DNA of 64,000 bases from Salinispira sp. (GTDB taxonomy: Bacteria; Spirochaetota; Spirochaetia; DSM-27196; Salinispiraceae), in contig OZ271918.1 in the NCBI GenBank assembly GCA_965602015.1, forward strand, positions 32,001 to 96,000, given 5' to 3'. A program made the position numbers and the translations under genes. Under the pieces are notes generated by a model that saw only the letters and a list, made by a program, of their open reading frames with translations, did not search any database and was not told where the DNA came from. Below, piece by piece: positions 1-9,279 of the stretch (position 1 is its first letter; each line of letters starts with the position of its first letter).

Positions 1-249
1 GAGTCCTGAGTGTCCCGGCTGGACAAAGGCCTCCCAAAAAAACTCCCATTCACCCCGTAATTCCGCCATGGCTTGCCGGGTGAAAGAAAAATCCCTCAGG
101 TCCAGCACTCCTTCCCGGGCTTCGGGCTTGAGAGCCTCAGGGATGAGCTCCGGGCTTTCGGCAAGCCCGGCTGCGAACAAGCCGGAGCTTATCAGTAGTA
201 GTAAAATAACGAGTGCGTTGCGTCTTCCGCCGGCCGGCTTGCGTATCAT
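1..249 (-). CDS. N-terminal fragment of an exported-sensor signalling protein (7TM-DISM-type sensor of a cyclase/kinase); runs off the window edge
   Basis: Manual translation from ATG 249 (GAGGA upstream): MIRKPAGGRRNALVILLLLISSGLFA...EGVLDLRDF...LRGEWEFFWEAF. Signal peptide plus the GVLDLR / L.GEWEF.W pattern; no stop before position 1. Confidence 0.6.
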   Translation of the reverse strand, partial: MIRKPAGGRRNALVILLLLISSGLFAAGLAESPELIPEALKPEAREGVLDLRDFSFTRQAMAELRGEWEFFWEAFVQPGHSGL

Positions 250-317
250 GGCATTCCTCGGTAAGGACTTACTTGTGTTTTCGGCGATAATTATATCATA
301 ATAAGTGCGGGGGAGAA

Positions 318-1784
318 TTGCGGAAGAATAGCATTCAGCAACAGGTAAACGTCTCTCACTTCTTCCAAGTCAGCGAAGTCCTTTTTTATCTCACGAACCT
401 CTTCGTTTTTGTCGGCCTGATAATATACACCGCGAAAGACATCGCAAATTTTTTCATACCCCTGGGGCTGGCGGATCTCATCGTGCTTTTTATTCAGCTT
501 CTGCTGCTTTTTTTGGTCATTGCCGGGGTCGTCAGCAGGAATACCGCGATGGCCACCCTCCTCATCCTGTCGATTTTCCTCTTTCAGTTGTCGGCCTTTG
601 TGAACAGCAGCGCCGGCGGAAACGTTTCGCTTCAGATCGCCATAACCACGTTTATTTCCCTGCTTTTCGCCTCCCTGGCGGCGTTTACCGTTAGCAAATA
701 CATGGCGCTTGCGGTGGGTACCGTCAATCTCGTCTTTTTTATTACCATCACCCTGGTGTACCAGGACCGCAGGATGATGGATGATCTGGTGTTCTTTTCC
801 ATAATCATCGTCGGGTATTCAGTTGCCATGTACTATTACCGGCACTCGCTGGAAAACCTCGCCGAAAGTCTGTACGCCTCCTATCAGACAGTCAAAAAGC
901 AAAAGGTCGAGCTGGAAACCCTCAAGGAAAAGGCCGAACAGATCAACGAGGTAAACCGGCCGTTTGTCGTGTTTGGAAGGAACACCAGCGGTCTTGTACA
1001 CGACTTTAAAAATGAAATCGGACTGCTTGATTCAAGCAGGCAGCTGCTCAGAAAGAAAATAGACGGAGAGGTGCCTGTGAGCGCCGCCGATATCGATGAT
1101 TTGGACAGTCATATCCAGCGGCTCAGCGAGCGGGTGGATACTATAAAATTCGTGGTGACCGCAGGAAATTCCCGGGAAGCGGAAAACATTGCCGTGTCAA
1201 AACTGATAAATGCCGCCCTGTATCCATTCAGACTCACCAGCGAGCTCAAGGATCGCATCGTATTCGAGGAGCTGCTGGAGGGGGACGCGGTCATCACCGC
1301 CCCGCGTTACCGGCTTGTACAGATTCTTGAAAACCTCATTCGGAACTCTTGCGAGGCAATTGTCGATGATCAGGACGACCAGGCCGGTTCTGATGGACAT
1401 AAAGATAATGAGGCGCCGGGAAGCATCGAACAGCTGCTGGCCCAGCAAAGCCGCTACGGAAAGGTCAGGGTAGAGGGCAGGCGGATTGAGGGGGGCGTGC
1501 TGTTGGCAGTCGAAGACAACGGACCGGGAATCGGTTTCTGCCAGGAATGCCCCTCGGGCAACTGTATTGACTGCGCGCACTTTGAGATCGGTAAAACGAC
1601 CAAGCCCTACGGCAGCGGCATTGGAATGGTGTCGGTTTTGGAAGCCATCGATCAGCTCAGGGGCGGCATACGCATTACATCCTCTCCGGACCGGGGAACA
1701 CGGGTTGAAATACTTCTCCCGCCGAATCCCGATGAGGAGCTTTCGGAACACCTTGTGCAAAGCCTTGGCTTTGCCCGTCGTTGA
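318..1784 (+). CDS. Membrane-bound sensor histidine kinase
   Basis: About 6 hydrophobic N-terminal segments, coiled coil, H-box VHDFKN, N-box QILENLIRNS, G1 VEDNGPG, G2 GSGIGM. TTG start uncertain. Confidence 0.85.
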   Translation: MRKNSIQQQVNVSHFFQVSEVLFYLTNLFVFVGLIIYTAKDIANFFIPLGLADLIVLFIQLLLLFLVIAGVVSRNTAMATLLILSIFLFQLSAFVNSSAGGNVSLQIAITTFISLLFASLAAFTVSKYMALAVGTVNLVFFITITLVYQDRRMMDDLVFFSIIIVGYSVAMYYYRHSLENLAESLYASYQTVKKQKVELETLKEKAEQINEVNRPFVVFGRNTSGLVHDFKNEIGLLDSSRQLLRKKIDGEVPVSAADIDDLDSHIQRLSERVDTIKFVVTAGNSREAENIAVSKLINAALYPFRLTSELKDRIVFEELLEGDAVITAPRYRLVQILENLIRNSCEAIVDDQDDQAGSDGHKDNEAPGSIEQLLAQQSRYGKVRVEGRRIEGGVLLAVEDNGPGIGFCQECPSGNCIDCAHFEIGKTTKPYGSGIGMVSVLEAIDQLRGGIRITSSPDRGTRVEILLPPNPDEELSEHLVQSLGFARR

Positions 1785-1795
1785 TTCTTATGGAG

Positions 1796-1816
1796 TGCCC
1801 CGAAAACAGCTGATTT
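1796..1816 (+). repeat. Solo copy of the MITE terminal inverted repeat
   Basis: tgccccgaaaacagctgattt is a 21/21 match to the TIR of the elements at 2344 and 29025; no internal element sequence follows. Confidence 0.75.
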
Positions 1817-1897
1817 CTGTAACTATGATTCCTGCCGCGAAGGTTCCTGCTGCTTATGGTTTGCCCGACCCACTTCACCAAAGGCGCCAGACCGGAC

Positions 1898-2311
1898 TTA
1901 TGCCCTGGTGTCTTTTATTACCCACAATGCGGCCAGAATGACTGCATCCTCAGTGAGAGGGGCGAACCAGTTTAGGAAGTCCGGCTCCATGAAATTCCCC
2001 AGGAAATGCGTCATAACGACGTAGGCAGCCCAAGCGCCGAAAATCACCAGCTTGACGATCATCATGGTGTTTTCGCGGATTGGAAGGAATACGTCGATGA
2101 GCAGCACCACGCCGATAATGAGCTGGGCTATGGCGACGATGAGGGCGAAGGTGCTGTTTCCCCCGCGGCCCACTATGGAGCTTATGGCTCTGCCGAGCTG
2201 ATTCGCCGGGTTATCGTAGTTCATGATCGAGATAAAACCGGTGATGATAAAAAACAGCGCAAGGGCGATTGTCAGTATCAAAAGATTCGTTCTGTGTGAT
2301 TTGCTGGACAT
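1898..2311 (-). CDS. Hypothetical 4-TM membrane protein
   Basis: ATG with GGAGG RBS; four hydrophobic segments; 137 aa. Confidence 0.75.
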   Translation of the reverse strand: MSSKSHRTNLLILTIALALFFIITGFISIMNYDNPANQLGRAISSIVGRGGNSTFALIVAIAQLIIGVVLLIDVFLPIRENTMMIVKLVIFGAWAAYVVMTHFLGNFMEPDFLNWFAPLTEDAVILAALWVIKDTRA

Positions 2312-2343
2312 TGAGCCTCCGTTTGAGTTGTGGATTATATAGT

Positions 2344-2494
2344 GTACTGCCCCGAAAACAGCTGATTTAAATCATTTTATCCGTTTGTGGAAAACAATTT
2401 ACCCCCGTCTCACTGCAAGCATCGCCCACCTTCACTTTAGTCGTTCTCATATAATGGTTTATTGCAGTAAAATCAGCTGTTTTCGGGGCAGTAC
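2344..2494. mobile_element. MITE (non-autonomous element), copy 1, 151 bp
   Basis: Perfect 25-bp terminal inverted repeats gtactgccccgaaaacagctgattt...aaatcagctgttttcggggcagtac; no coding capacity; second copy at 29025-29175. Confidence 0.85.
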
Positions 2495-2563
2495 CATTAT
2501 ATTGTAGCCAATCCCCGTCGGGACTACAAGAACGGCAGCGTTGTTAGTATATTCTCCACCACT

Positions 2564-3409
2564 ATGAAAAATGAATTTCCCCAGTCGCGGACGAATTTAC
2601 AGCGATTCATCGACCAGCAGGGTCGGTACCGCCTCCTTATTTTGGCCGGAGGAGCCCTCGGGCCAGCGCTTGCCGATGCTCATGGTTTGCGGGACGGTTT
2701 CAGAACCCTGTTTGTTCAGGCTGTGCATGCCGCGGCCCTGCAGTCTGCGGACCTCAAGCAAACCATGCGTCAGGTCCTGCAGATTAAATGGCCGGATGGT
2801 GGATTGTCGGTGGAAGCCGGCTGGCAGGGACATATCAGGGGCTACGCCAGGAATCCCGAAAAAATCGAGGAGCAATTTCAAAGCGATGAGGTCCTCGGGG
2901 GAACGATGGCACTTATACGCCTTATCGGTTCCCACCCGGGGTATACGGGCTACGGCAGCATTTTCGGGTTTAATCTGGCATCCGCCCTCCAGAGTCATTA
3001 TTCTACCTCGGAGCAACGGGAAAGCTATTTCCATTTTGCCGATGATTTTGCCGCCATGATTCAGCGTTTGCCGGATACCGGAGGTAATGCCGGTACGCAA
3101 AAGCATACGCCCGATGAAATACTCCTGCAAGAGCACTTCGAGGCGCTGGTTCCCCGGCTGAATGCCGTTCTCACTGCCGATGATAAGCTTCTCGCGTCGG
3201 ATTTTTCCCTTACCCGGCTCAGCAGCGAAGAGCGGCTTATCAGTTGCGGATGCAGCCGGGAAAAAATATCTGCCTATGTGCGCGGTCTGGAAAGAACAGA
3301 ATTACAATCCATGTATGAAGAGGGTCCGTGGCCGGTGGTGGTGAACTGCGACAACTGCGCCTCGTCCTATGAGTTCAGCCGGGATGAAATTCGGGACTTC
3401 CTGGAATAG
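2564..3409 (+). CDS. hslO: Hsp33 family redox-regulated chaperone
   Basis: C-terminal zinc-switch CGCS...CDNC (CxC-x~30-CxxC); GHIRGY motif; YxxxSEQ motif. Confidence 0.8.
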   Translation: MKNEFPQSRTNLQRFIDQQGRYRLLILAGGALGPALADAHGLRDGFRTLFVQAVHAAALQSADLKQTMRQVLQIKWPDGGLSVEAGWQGHIRGYARNPEKIEEQFQSDEVLGGTMALIRLIGSHPGYTGYGSIFGFNLASALQSHYSTSEQRESYFHFADDFAAMIQRLPDTGGNAGTQKHTPDEILLQEHFEALVPRLNAVLTADDKLLASDFSLTRLSSEERLISCGCSREKISAYVRGLERTELQSMYEEGPWPVVVNCDNCASSYEFSRDEIRDFLE

Positions 3410-3537
3410 CAGGTTTAGGTCCATGCATGGTGCTCAAGTCTTTGCCGGCAAAGCGTGCCGGTGGGACTGCCGAAAAGCAGACACAATGAGTTCACGTGCC
3501 GCGTTTGGGAGGCGCTTATGGGATGATCAGTTGACGA

Positions 3538-4500
3538 TTATTGGGCGATGATGAGGCTTAGAATCTGGCCCGAGGTTGCTGCGGCGCTGAAGAGCAAAAA
3601 TATCGCGCTGATTCCGCCCATGGCAGGGCCTTTGTTTTTCTGAATCAGTCCCATCGCCAGCATTTTACGGTAGCGCTGCATTGCGGGAATCAGCAGTATC
3701 AGAGCCGGCAGCGATGCCAGGGGATGAAGCCCCCCCAGATTCTCCATAGCCAGGACGGCCAAGAGCAAAAATGCCGCGGCGATTAATACGCCGACTACCC
3801 CGGCCGAGGCAGTCCGCCCTATTACAATGCTCAGTGTCCGTCTTCCGGCAGCCTTGTCGGCTTCCAGGTCGCAGCTATTGTTTACCGTCAGTATGGAGGC
3901 GATTACCAACGCTGAAGGCAGGGACAGCAGCAGCCACAATCCCCAGCGGGGCGCGGCTTCTGACATAAGGATATACTGTACGACAATAAAGAGCACGCTG
4001 CCCAGAAAGCCCCCGGCAAACAGTTCGCCCAGGGGCGTATGGCTAATGGGCCGCTTTCCCCCGCTGTAGAGCATACCCACGACCAGGCTTGCCGCGCCGA
4101 GAAGCAATACCGGCCATCCTCTGGTAATGATGAAATATCCGCCAATGGCAGCGGCTCCGGCGAACAGGCCGAGCGCGCTGATCAGGGCAGCGCCTGCAGG
4201 AACCTTCTGATGCACCAGTACCTTTTCCTTCTCCCTGTTCAGGCTTTGGTGATCAACGCCTTTGACGAAGTCGAAAAAACTGTTGAAAGCTGTGGTGCCC
4301 ATATCGACCATCAAAACGGACGCAAAAAGCAGGATTGCCGCAATGTCCGGCTGCCCCCCCTGGAGATATACATACAATAAAGAAATGAGAAACGTGGAAA
4401 CCGAAACGATTTTTGTGCGGATCTCTACAATTGACAGAAACTGGGCAAAAGTCATGGCGGAAAAATCAGTAATTTTTTTTTGCTTGTCAATATAATTCAC
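3538..4500 (-). CDS. menA: 1,4-dihydroxy-2-naphthoate prenyltransferase (UbiA family)
   Basis: NSFFDFVKGVD and NNSCDLEADKAAGRRTL Asp-rich motifs; YSGGKRPISHTPLGE; multi-TM. Alternative start ATG 4455. Confidence 0.75.
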   Translation of the reverse strand: MNYIDKQKKITDFSAMTFAQFLSIVEIRTKIVSVSTFLISLLYVYLQGGQPDIAAILLFASVLMVDMGTTAFNSFFDFVKGVDHQSLNREKEKVLVHQKVPAGAALISALGLFAGAAAIGGYFIITRGWPVLLLGAASLVVGMLYSGGKRPISHTPLGELFAGGFLGSVLFIVVQYILMSEAAPRWGLWLLLSLPSALVIASILTVNNSCDLEADKAAGRRTLSIVIGRTASAGVVGVLIAAAFLLLAVLAMENLGGLHPLASLPALILLIPAMQRYRKMLAMGLIQKNKGPAMGGISAIFLLFSAAATSGQILSLIIAQ

Positions 4501-4670
4501 CGCTCTCCCCGTAGGAGCTATGTTGAACTTCGTTCAAGTATATTCCTACATTCCTGTAGGTCGATTACCTAATTCCAACATTTTTGACAGAAATACTTCT
4601 AATAATATTGCCCAGTTGTCAGAGCTGTGCTAATCTCAACGATGAGGCAACATTTCTGTAAGGAGGAAAT

Positions 4671-6485
4671 ATGAAAAAGCTTCTTGCTGCGCTTCTGGTA
4701 CTCGCAACGGTTTTCAGCCTTGTGCTGATGAGCTGTGGCGGCGGTGCCGAAGCTGCGACTACCGAAGAAACCGCTGAGGCGGTTGCTCCGGGACTTACTG
4801 TTATTAACCGCAACAGCGGTTGGGAAATCGGTCAGAAGGGCGGAGAACTTGTTCTCGGTCAGCTCGGTACCGGCCCCAAGTCTTTCAATGCTGTTCTGGC
4901 TGAAGAAACCAGCTCCACCGATATCACCAACCTCCTAGGCTCCGCCCTGGTAACCCGTGATCAGTTCACCCTCGAGTGGATTCCCAATCTCGCTACGAGC
5001 TGGGAGATTTCCGAAGACCAGAGAACCATCACTTACACTCTCCCCGACGATCTCCTGTGGTCCGACGGCGATGACCTGACTGCGTATGACTTCGAGTTTA
5101 CCGTTAACGAGCTTATCTATAACGAAGCGGTTCAGACTTCCACCCGTGACTCCCTCACCGTTGGCGGCGAGCTGTCCGAGTGGGTAGCCCTTGACGAAAC
5201 TACTCTTCAGATCACCGTGGCAAGCGTGTACGCCGGGCTGCTCAACATGAGCACCATTCAGGTTATGCCCATGCACGTCATTGAGCCCATCATCGAAGAA
5301 GAAGGTATTGACGGCTTCCTCAACCTCTGGGGTGTAGATGCCGATCCTACCACTATTCCCTCGGCGGGCGCCTGGGTAATCAGCGAATACCGCCCCAACG
5401 AGCGGATTTCCTTTGCTCCGAACCCCAACTACTGGAAGACCGATGAAGAAGGCACCCAGCTTCCCTATCTGGAAAGCATGACCTTTATCTTCACTCCCGA
5501 CACCGACACCCTGCTCCAGCAGTTCCTTGCAGGCACCGTAGATGTATACGGCGTGCGCGGTGAGGACTATGCTGTTCTCGTGGAAGAAAAAGAGAATCTC
5601 GGTTTCGAAATGTATGAAGTCGGCCCCGACACTGGTACCAACTTCATCACTTTCAACCAGAATCCCGATGAAGACGGTCCCGACGGCGAGGAAGACGCTG
5701 GTATCACCGAGCCCGAACTGACCTGGCTCAGCACTCTCGAATTCCGCCAGGCAATGGCTCACCTGATTGACCGCGAAACCTACATCAACAACATCGCATT
5801 CGGTTTCGGCTATCCCCAGTACTCCTTCATCCCCCGCTTTAGCCCCTATTACTGGGACGGCGTTGATGAAGCAGCTGCGAAATACGATCCCGTACGGGCC
5901 GCTGAAATCCTCGACGAACTCGGCTGGGTCGACAACGACGGCGACGGCTTCCGTGAAGACAGCGACGGCGTCAAAATCTCCCTGGACCTGACCACCAATG
6001 CGGGTAACCGGGTGCGGGAAGACATCGGTACTGCCTTCGCTCAGGACGCGGCAAATGTTGGTATCGAAATCAACTTCCGCCCCGTGGACTTCAACGAGCT
6101 GGTAACCCAGCTGGTGGCGACTTACGACTGGGAAATGATCCTCATCGGTCTGACCGGTTCTGTTGACCCCATCAGCGGTTCCAACGTGTATCCTTCCAGC
6201 GGTAACCTTCACATGATCGAGCCCAACCAGGAATCTCCCCGCCGCGAGTGGGAAGCCCGGGTTGATGCTGCCTGGATCCAGGCCAACGAGACCACTAATG
6301 AAGCTGACCGGGTTGCCGGTTTCGAAATCATTCAGCGCGAATGGGTAGAGAACCTTCCCTGGGTGTACACCTACAACCCGCTGATCCTGGCTGCATACGA
6401 CGCAGATTTCGGCAACGTATATCCCCAGCCCATCAACGGATACGGCGCAACCGGTATTTCCGACCGCCTGTTCCGCCGACAGTAA
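4671..6485 (+). CDS. ABC transporter substrate-binding lipoprotein, family 5 (Opp/Dpp)
   Basis: Lipobox LMSC; PNLATSWEISED; LLWSDGDDLTAYDFEFT; FRQAMAHLIDR; strong AAGGAGG RBS; very acidic sequence. Confidence 0.92.
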   Translation: MKKLLAALLVLATVFSLVLMSCGGGAEAATTEETAEAVAPGLTVINRNSGWEIGQKGGELVLGQLGTGPKSFNAVLAEETSSTDITNLLGSALVTRDQFTLEWIPNLATSWEISEDQRTITYTLPDDLLWSDGDDLTAYDFEFTVNELIYNEAVQTSTRDSLTVGGELSEWVALDETTLQITVASVYAGLLNMSTIQVMPMHVIEPIIEEEGIDGFLNLWGVDADPTTIPSAGAWVISEYRPNERISFAPNPNYWKTDEEGTQLPYLESMTFIFTPDTDTLLQQFLAGTVDVYGVRGEDYAVLVEEKENLGFEMYEVGPDTGTNFITFNQNPDEDGPDGEEDAGITEPELTWLSTLEFRQAMAHLIDRETYINNIAFGFGYPQYSFIPRFSPYYWDGVDEAAAKYDPVRAAEILDELGWVDNDGDGFREDSDGVKISLDLTTNAGNRVREDIGTAFAQDAANVGIEINFRPVDFNELVTQLVATYDWEMILIGLTGSVDPISGSNVYPSSGNLHMIEPNQESPRREWEARVDAAWIQANETTNEADRVAGFEIIQREWVENLPWVYTYNPLILAAYDADFGNVYPQPINGYGATGISDRLFRRQ

Positions 6486-6495
6486 TTATCAATGT

Positions 6496-6578
6496 CCGGG
6501 CGGAGATCTGTCTCCGTCCTGACTCTGTTTAACGGACCGCGCCGGTCTGCTTCCCATCCGGGTTCTGCAGCCGGCGCG
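6496..6578 (+). other. Intergenic stem-loops after the SBP gene (possible mRNA stabiliser or partial terminator)
   Basis: gggcggaga-tctg-tctccgtcc and cgcgccgg...ccggcgcg inverted repeats between SBP and permease. Confidence 0.45.
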
Positions 6579-6635
6579 ATCTATCTTTGATTGAGCGGAC
6601 AGCTCCATCCTTCCGTCCCTCAATAGAGGCTATTT

Positions 6636-7778
6636 ATGAAAAGTGATGCACAGTTTGACTGGCGCCTAACCTTTATTGTCGATGCGGCCTTATTTCTCTT
6701 TCTCGTATTCGCGACAAGTACAGGGATCTTCGGCGCCCTCTTGATAACAGAGCTGTTTATGTGGCTCATCCGCCTGTTCTGGATAAGTCCGGCAATGCTC
6801 CGCTACATCCTCAGGCGATTCCTTCATATGATTCCCATTTTGCTTATGGTAATCGCCATAGGCTTTTTACTGCTCCAGCTGGCACCGGGAGACAGTTTTA
6901 CCCGGCTTTACCTGGAACAGGATATTAGACAGGAAACAATCGACGCATTCCGCGCCCAGTTCGGCCTTGACAGGCCCTGGTACGTTCAGTTTTTCAGATA
7001 TATCTGGAATGTTCTCCAGCTCGACTTCGGGTTCTCAGCGGAATATAAAATCGGTGTCTTCGAAATGGTTCGCCAACGGGCTATACCCACCCTGGAGCTC
7101 TCGCTATCCGCTCTGGTTTTTGCCTGGGGATTGAGTATTCCCATGGGCGTCTTCGCCGCCCAACGGCAGTATAAATGGCAGGACCAGACCATATCGGTAT
7201 TCGCCTTTATCGGTTTGGCAATTCCCAACTTCTTCCTGGCATTTCTCCTGCTGTACTTTGTCACCGCCACATCAGGAGGCATACAAGGAACCTGGCTTCC
7301 AATCGGCGGCCGGACGAGCATCGACCACTCCAGCATGACCTGGATTCAGCAGCGGCTCGATATTATCCGCCATCTGATACTTCCGGTTTTTGTACTAGGT
7401 ACCGGTGCCATGGCCGGTCTCACCCGTATTATGCGGGCCAATATGCTTGAAATCCTCAACCAGCAATATATTGTAACCGCCAGGGCCAAGGGCCAGAGCG
7501 AGAAAAAGGTTGTTTTTCGGCACGCCCTGCGCAATGCCATAAACCCCATGATTACCATCCTCGGGTTCCAAATTGCCAGCATTCTCGGCGGCGCCGCGTT
7601 GACCGAGGCGGTATTGAGCTGGCCGGGACTTGGGCAGCTGGTTCTTCAGGCCATCCTGGCCCAGGACATGTTCCTGGTTATAGGGACCCTGATTTATTCG
7701 ACGGTGCTGTTGGTTGTCGGTAATCTTATGGCCGATATTCTGTTGGCCGTCACCGACCCGCGAGTGAGGATAGGCTGA
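6636..7778 (+). CDS. Peptide ABC transporter permease (OppB/DppB-like)
   Basis: FGLDRPWYVQFFRY; YIVTARAKGQSEKKVVFRHALRNA EAA loop; extra N-terminal TM pair. Confidence 0.92.
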   Translation: MKSDAQFDWRLTFIVDAALFLFLVFATSTGIFGALLITELFMWLIRLFWISPAMLRYILRRFLHMIPILLMVIAIGFLLLQLAPGDSFTRLYLEQDIRQETIDAFRAQFGLDRPWYVQFFRYIWNVLQLDFGFSAEYKIGVFEMVRQRAIPTLELSLSALVFAWGLSIPMGVFAAQRQYKWQDQTISVFAFIGLAIPNFFLAFLLLYFVTATSGGIQGTWLPIGGRTSIDHSSMTWIQQRLDIIRHLILPVFVLGTGAMAGLTRIMRANMLEILNQQYIVTARAKGQSEKKVVFRHALRNAINPMITILGFQIASILGGAALTEAVLSWPGLGQLVLQAILAQDMFLVIGTLIYSTVLLVVGNLMADILLAVTDPRVRIG

Positions 7779-9268
7779 TGTTAAAACGATTTTTATTTCC
7801 CCGGAGCCTGTTCGCCGCCGACAAGGGCGACTCCGATAACCAGGCTCCCAGCGGCGCCCAGCAGATGGTGGCCGACAAGACCATGCAGCGCGAGGGTATG
7901 GGGGAGAAACCCGAATCCATGTGGTCCAACTATGTCCGCCGTTTTCGCAAACACAAGCTGGGCATGGTCGGGCTGGTAATTCTTCTGTTCTTTTATTTCC
8001 TCGCACTCTTTGCGGATTTTTTCTCACCGTACACCATGGTGTGGGGCGACAAGACCAAGCCCTATCACGGACCAAGCATTATTAATTTTATCGCTGAGTC
8101 CCCAGACGGCGAAGGCCGGTCCTTCAGGCCCTATGTGTATGAAGAAATCATAACGAATATGGCCTTGAGGACCTACGAGCCGATTCCCTCCCACTCACTC
8201 CGGGCAATCGGAATCGAGGACCGGGTCAGGGTAAACGAAATGAGGGTATTCGCCCTCTCGGAATCCTCGACCAGAAGGGAATCGGAAATAATTGCCGGCG
8301 TTCTCAGGCATTACCGGATTCCCACTGACAGCCCAATGGTCGATGAGCTTCGGCGGGCCATCCGGGACATCGAAGCTGATCAGGATCCCAACGCCAGACG
8401 GGTGCTCGAACTCGGAGAAAACGTTATAAACAACGTTCCCACACCGGTGAATATCATCCTGGCCAAGGGGAACAAGAACTTCTTGAGTTTCTTCTACCGT
8501 GGCGTTCCCTACCGCTTCCTGGGAATGGACGGGGTGAGAAGCAACGTTCACTTTTTCGGATCGAGGACCGGGGGCTACTTCCCCCTCGGCACTGACAAAA
8601 CCGGCCGGGATATGGCCAGTCGCCTGCTGCACGGTTCCAGAATCTCCCTGACCGTCGGTATTTTCGGTTCGCTGATATCTCTCACCCTCGGTCTGATGAT
8701 TGGCGGGCTTGCGGGATATCTGGGCGGAGTGGTGGACAACATCCTGATGCGATTCACCGAGGTGTTGATCTCCATACCCAGTATTTACTTTCTGTTCGCC
8801 CTTCGGGCGGCGCTTCCGACGGACCTGCCGAGTACCTCGGTGTATTTTATTATCGTCATTATTCTGTCCCTTACCGGCTGGTCGACCATCGCGCGGGTTA
8901 TCCGGGGGCAGGTACTGTCCATAAAAACCGAGGACTTCGTGCTCAGCGCCCGAACCATGGGCCTGAACCGTTTCAAAATACTCGTTCGGCACGTCCTGCC
9001 CAACACCATGAGCTACGTGATCATCCAGCTGACCCTTTCCATACCCGGGTATATTCTGGGTGAGAGCGCCCTGAGTCTCCTGGGGCTCGGAATTACCGAA
9101 CCCCAGTCCAGTTGGGGACTTATGCTGGCAGTCGCGCGAAACTTCCGAGTTGTCCGGGATTTTCCCTGGGTTCTTTTTCCGGGATTCCTCATCTTCCTGG
9201 CGATACTCGCGTGGAACTTCTTCGGCGACGGCGTTCGCGACGCCCTGGACCCCAAGAGCAAACACTAA
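7778..9268 (+). CDS. Peptide ABC transporter permease (OppC/DppC-like) with large periplasmic insertion
   Basis: PLGTDKTGRDMASRLLHGSRISL; EDFVLSARTMG; FGDGVRDALDP; TGATG coupling to the upstream gene. Confidence 0.92.
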   Translation: MLKRFLFPRSLFAADKGDSDNQAPSGAQQMVADKTMQREGMGEKPESMWSNYVRRFRKHKLGMVGLVILLFFYFLALFADFFSPYTMVWGDKTKPYHGPSIINFIAESPDGEGRSFRPYVYEEIITNMALRTYEPIPSHSLRAIGIEDRVRVNEMRVFALSESSTRRESEIIAGVLRHYRIPTDSPMVDELRRAIRDIEADQDPNARRVLELGENVINNVPTPVNIILAKGNKNFLSFFYRGVPYRFLGMDGVRSNVHFFGSRTGGYFPLGTDKTGRDMASRLLHGSRISLTVGIFGSLISLTLGLMIGGLAGYLGGVVDNILMRFTEVLISIPSIYFLFALRAALPTDLPSTSVYFIIVIILSLTGWSTIARVIRGQVLSIKTEDFVLSARTMGLNRFKILVRHVLPNTMSYVIIQLTLSIPGYILGESALSLLGLGITEPQSSWGLMLAVARNFRVVRDFPWVLFPGFLIFLAILAWNFFGDGVRDALDPKSKH

Positions 9269-9279
9269 GAGGCCTTATT

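Noticed and set aside
68..301. 77-aa + strand ORF
   Set aside because: Antisense to the better-supported minus-strand gene starting at 249.
2431..2455. Outward promoter inside MITE copy 1 driving hslO (TTCACT...TATAAT)
   Set aside because: The spacer is only 13 nt, and the TATAAT is changed to CATAAT in copy 2.
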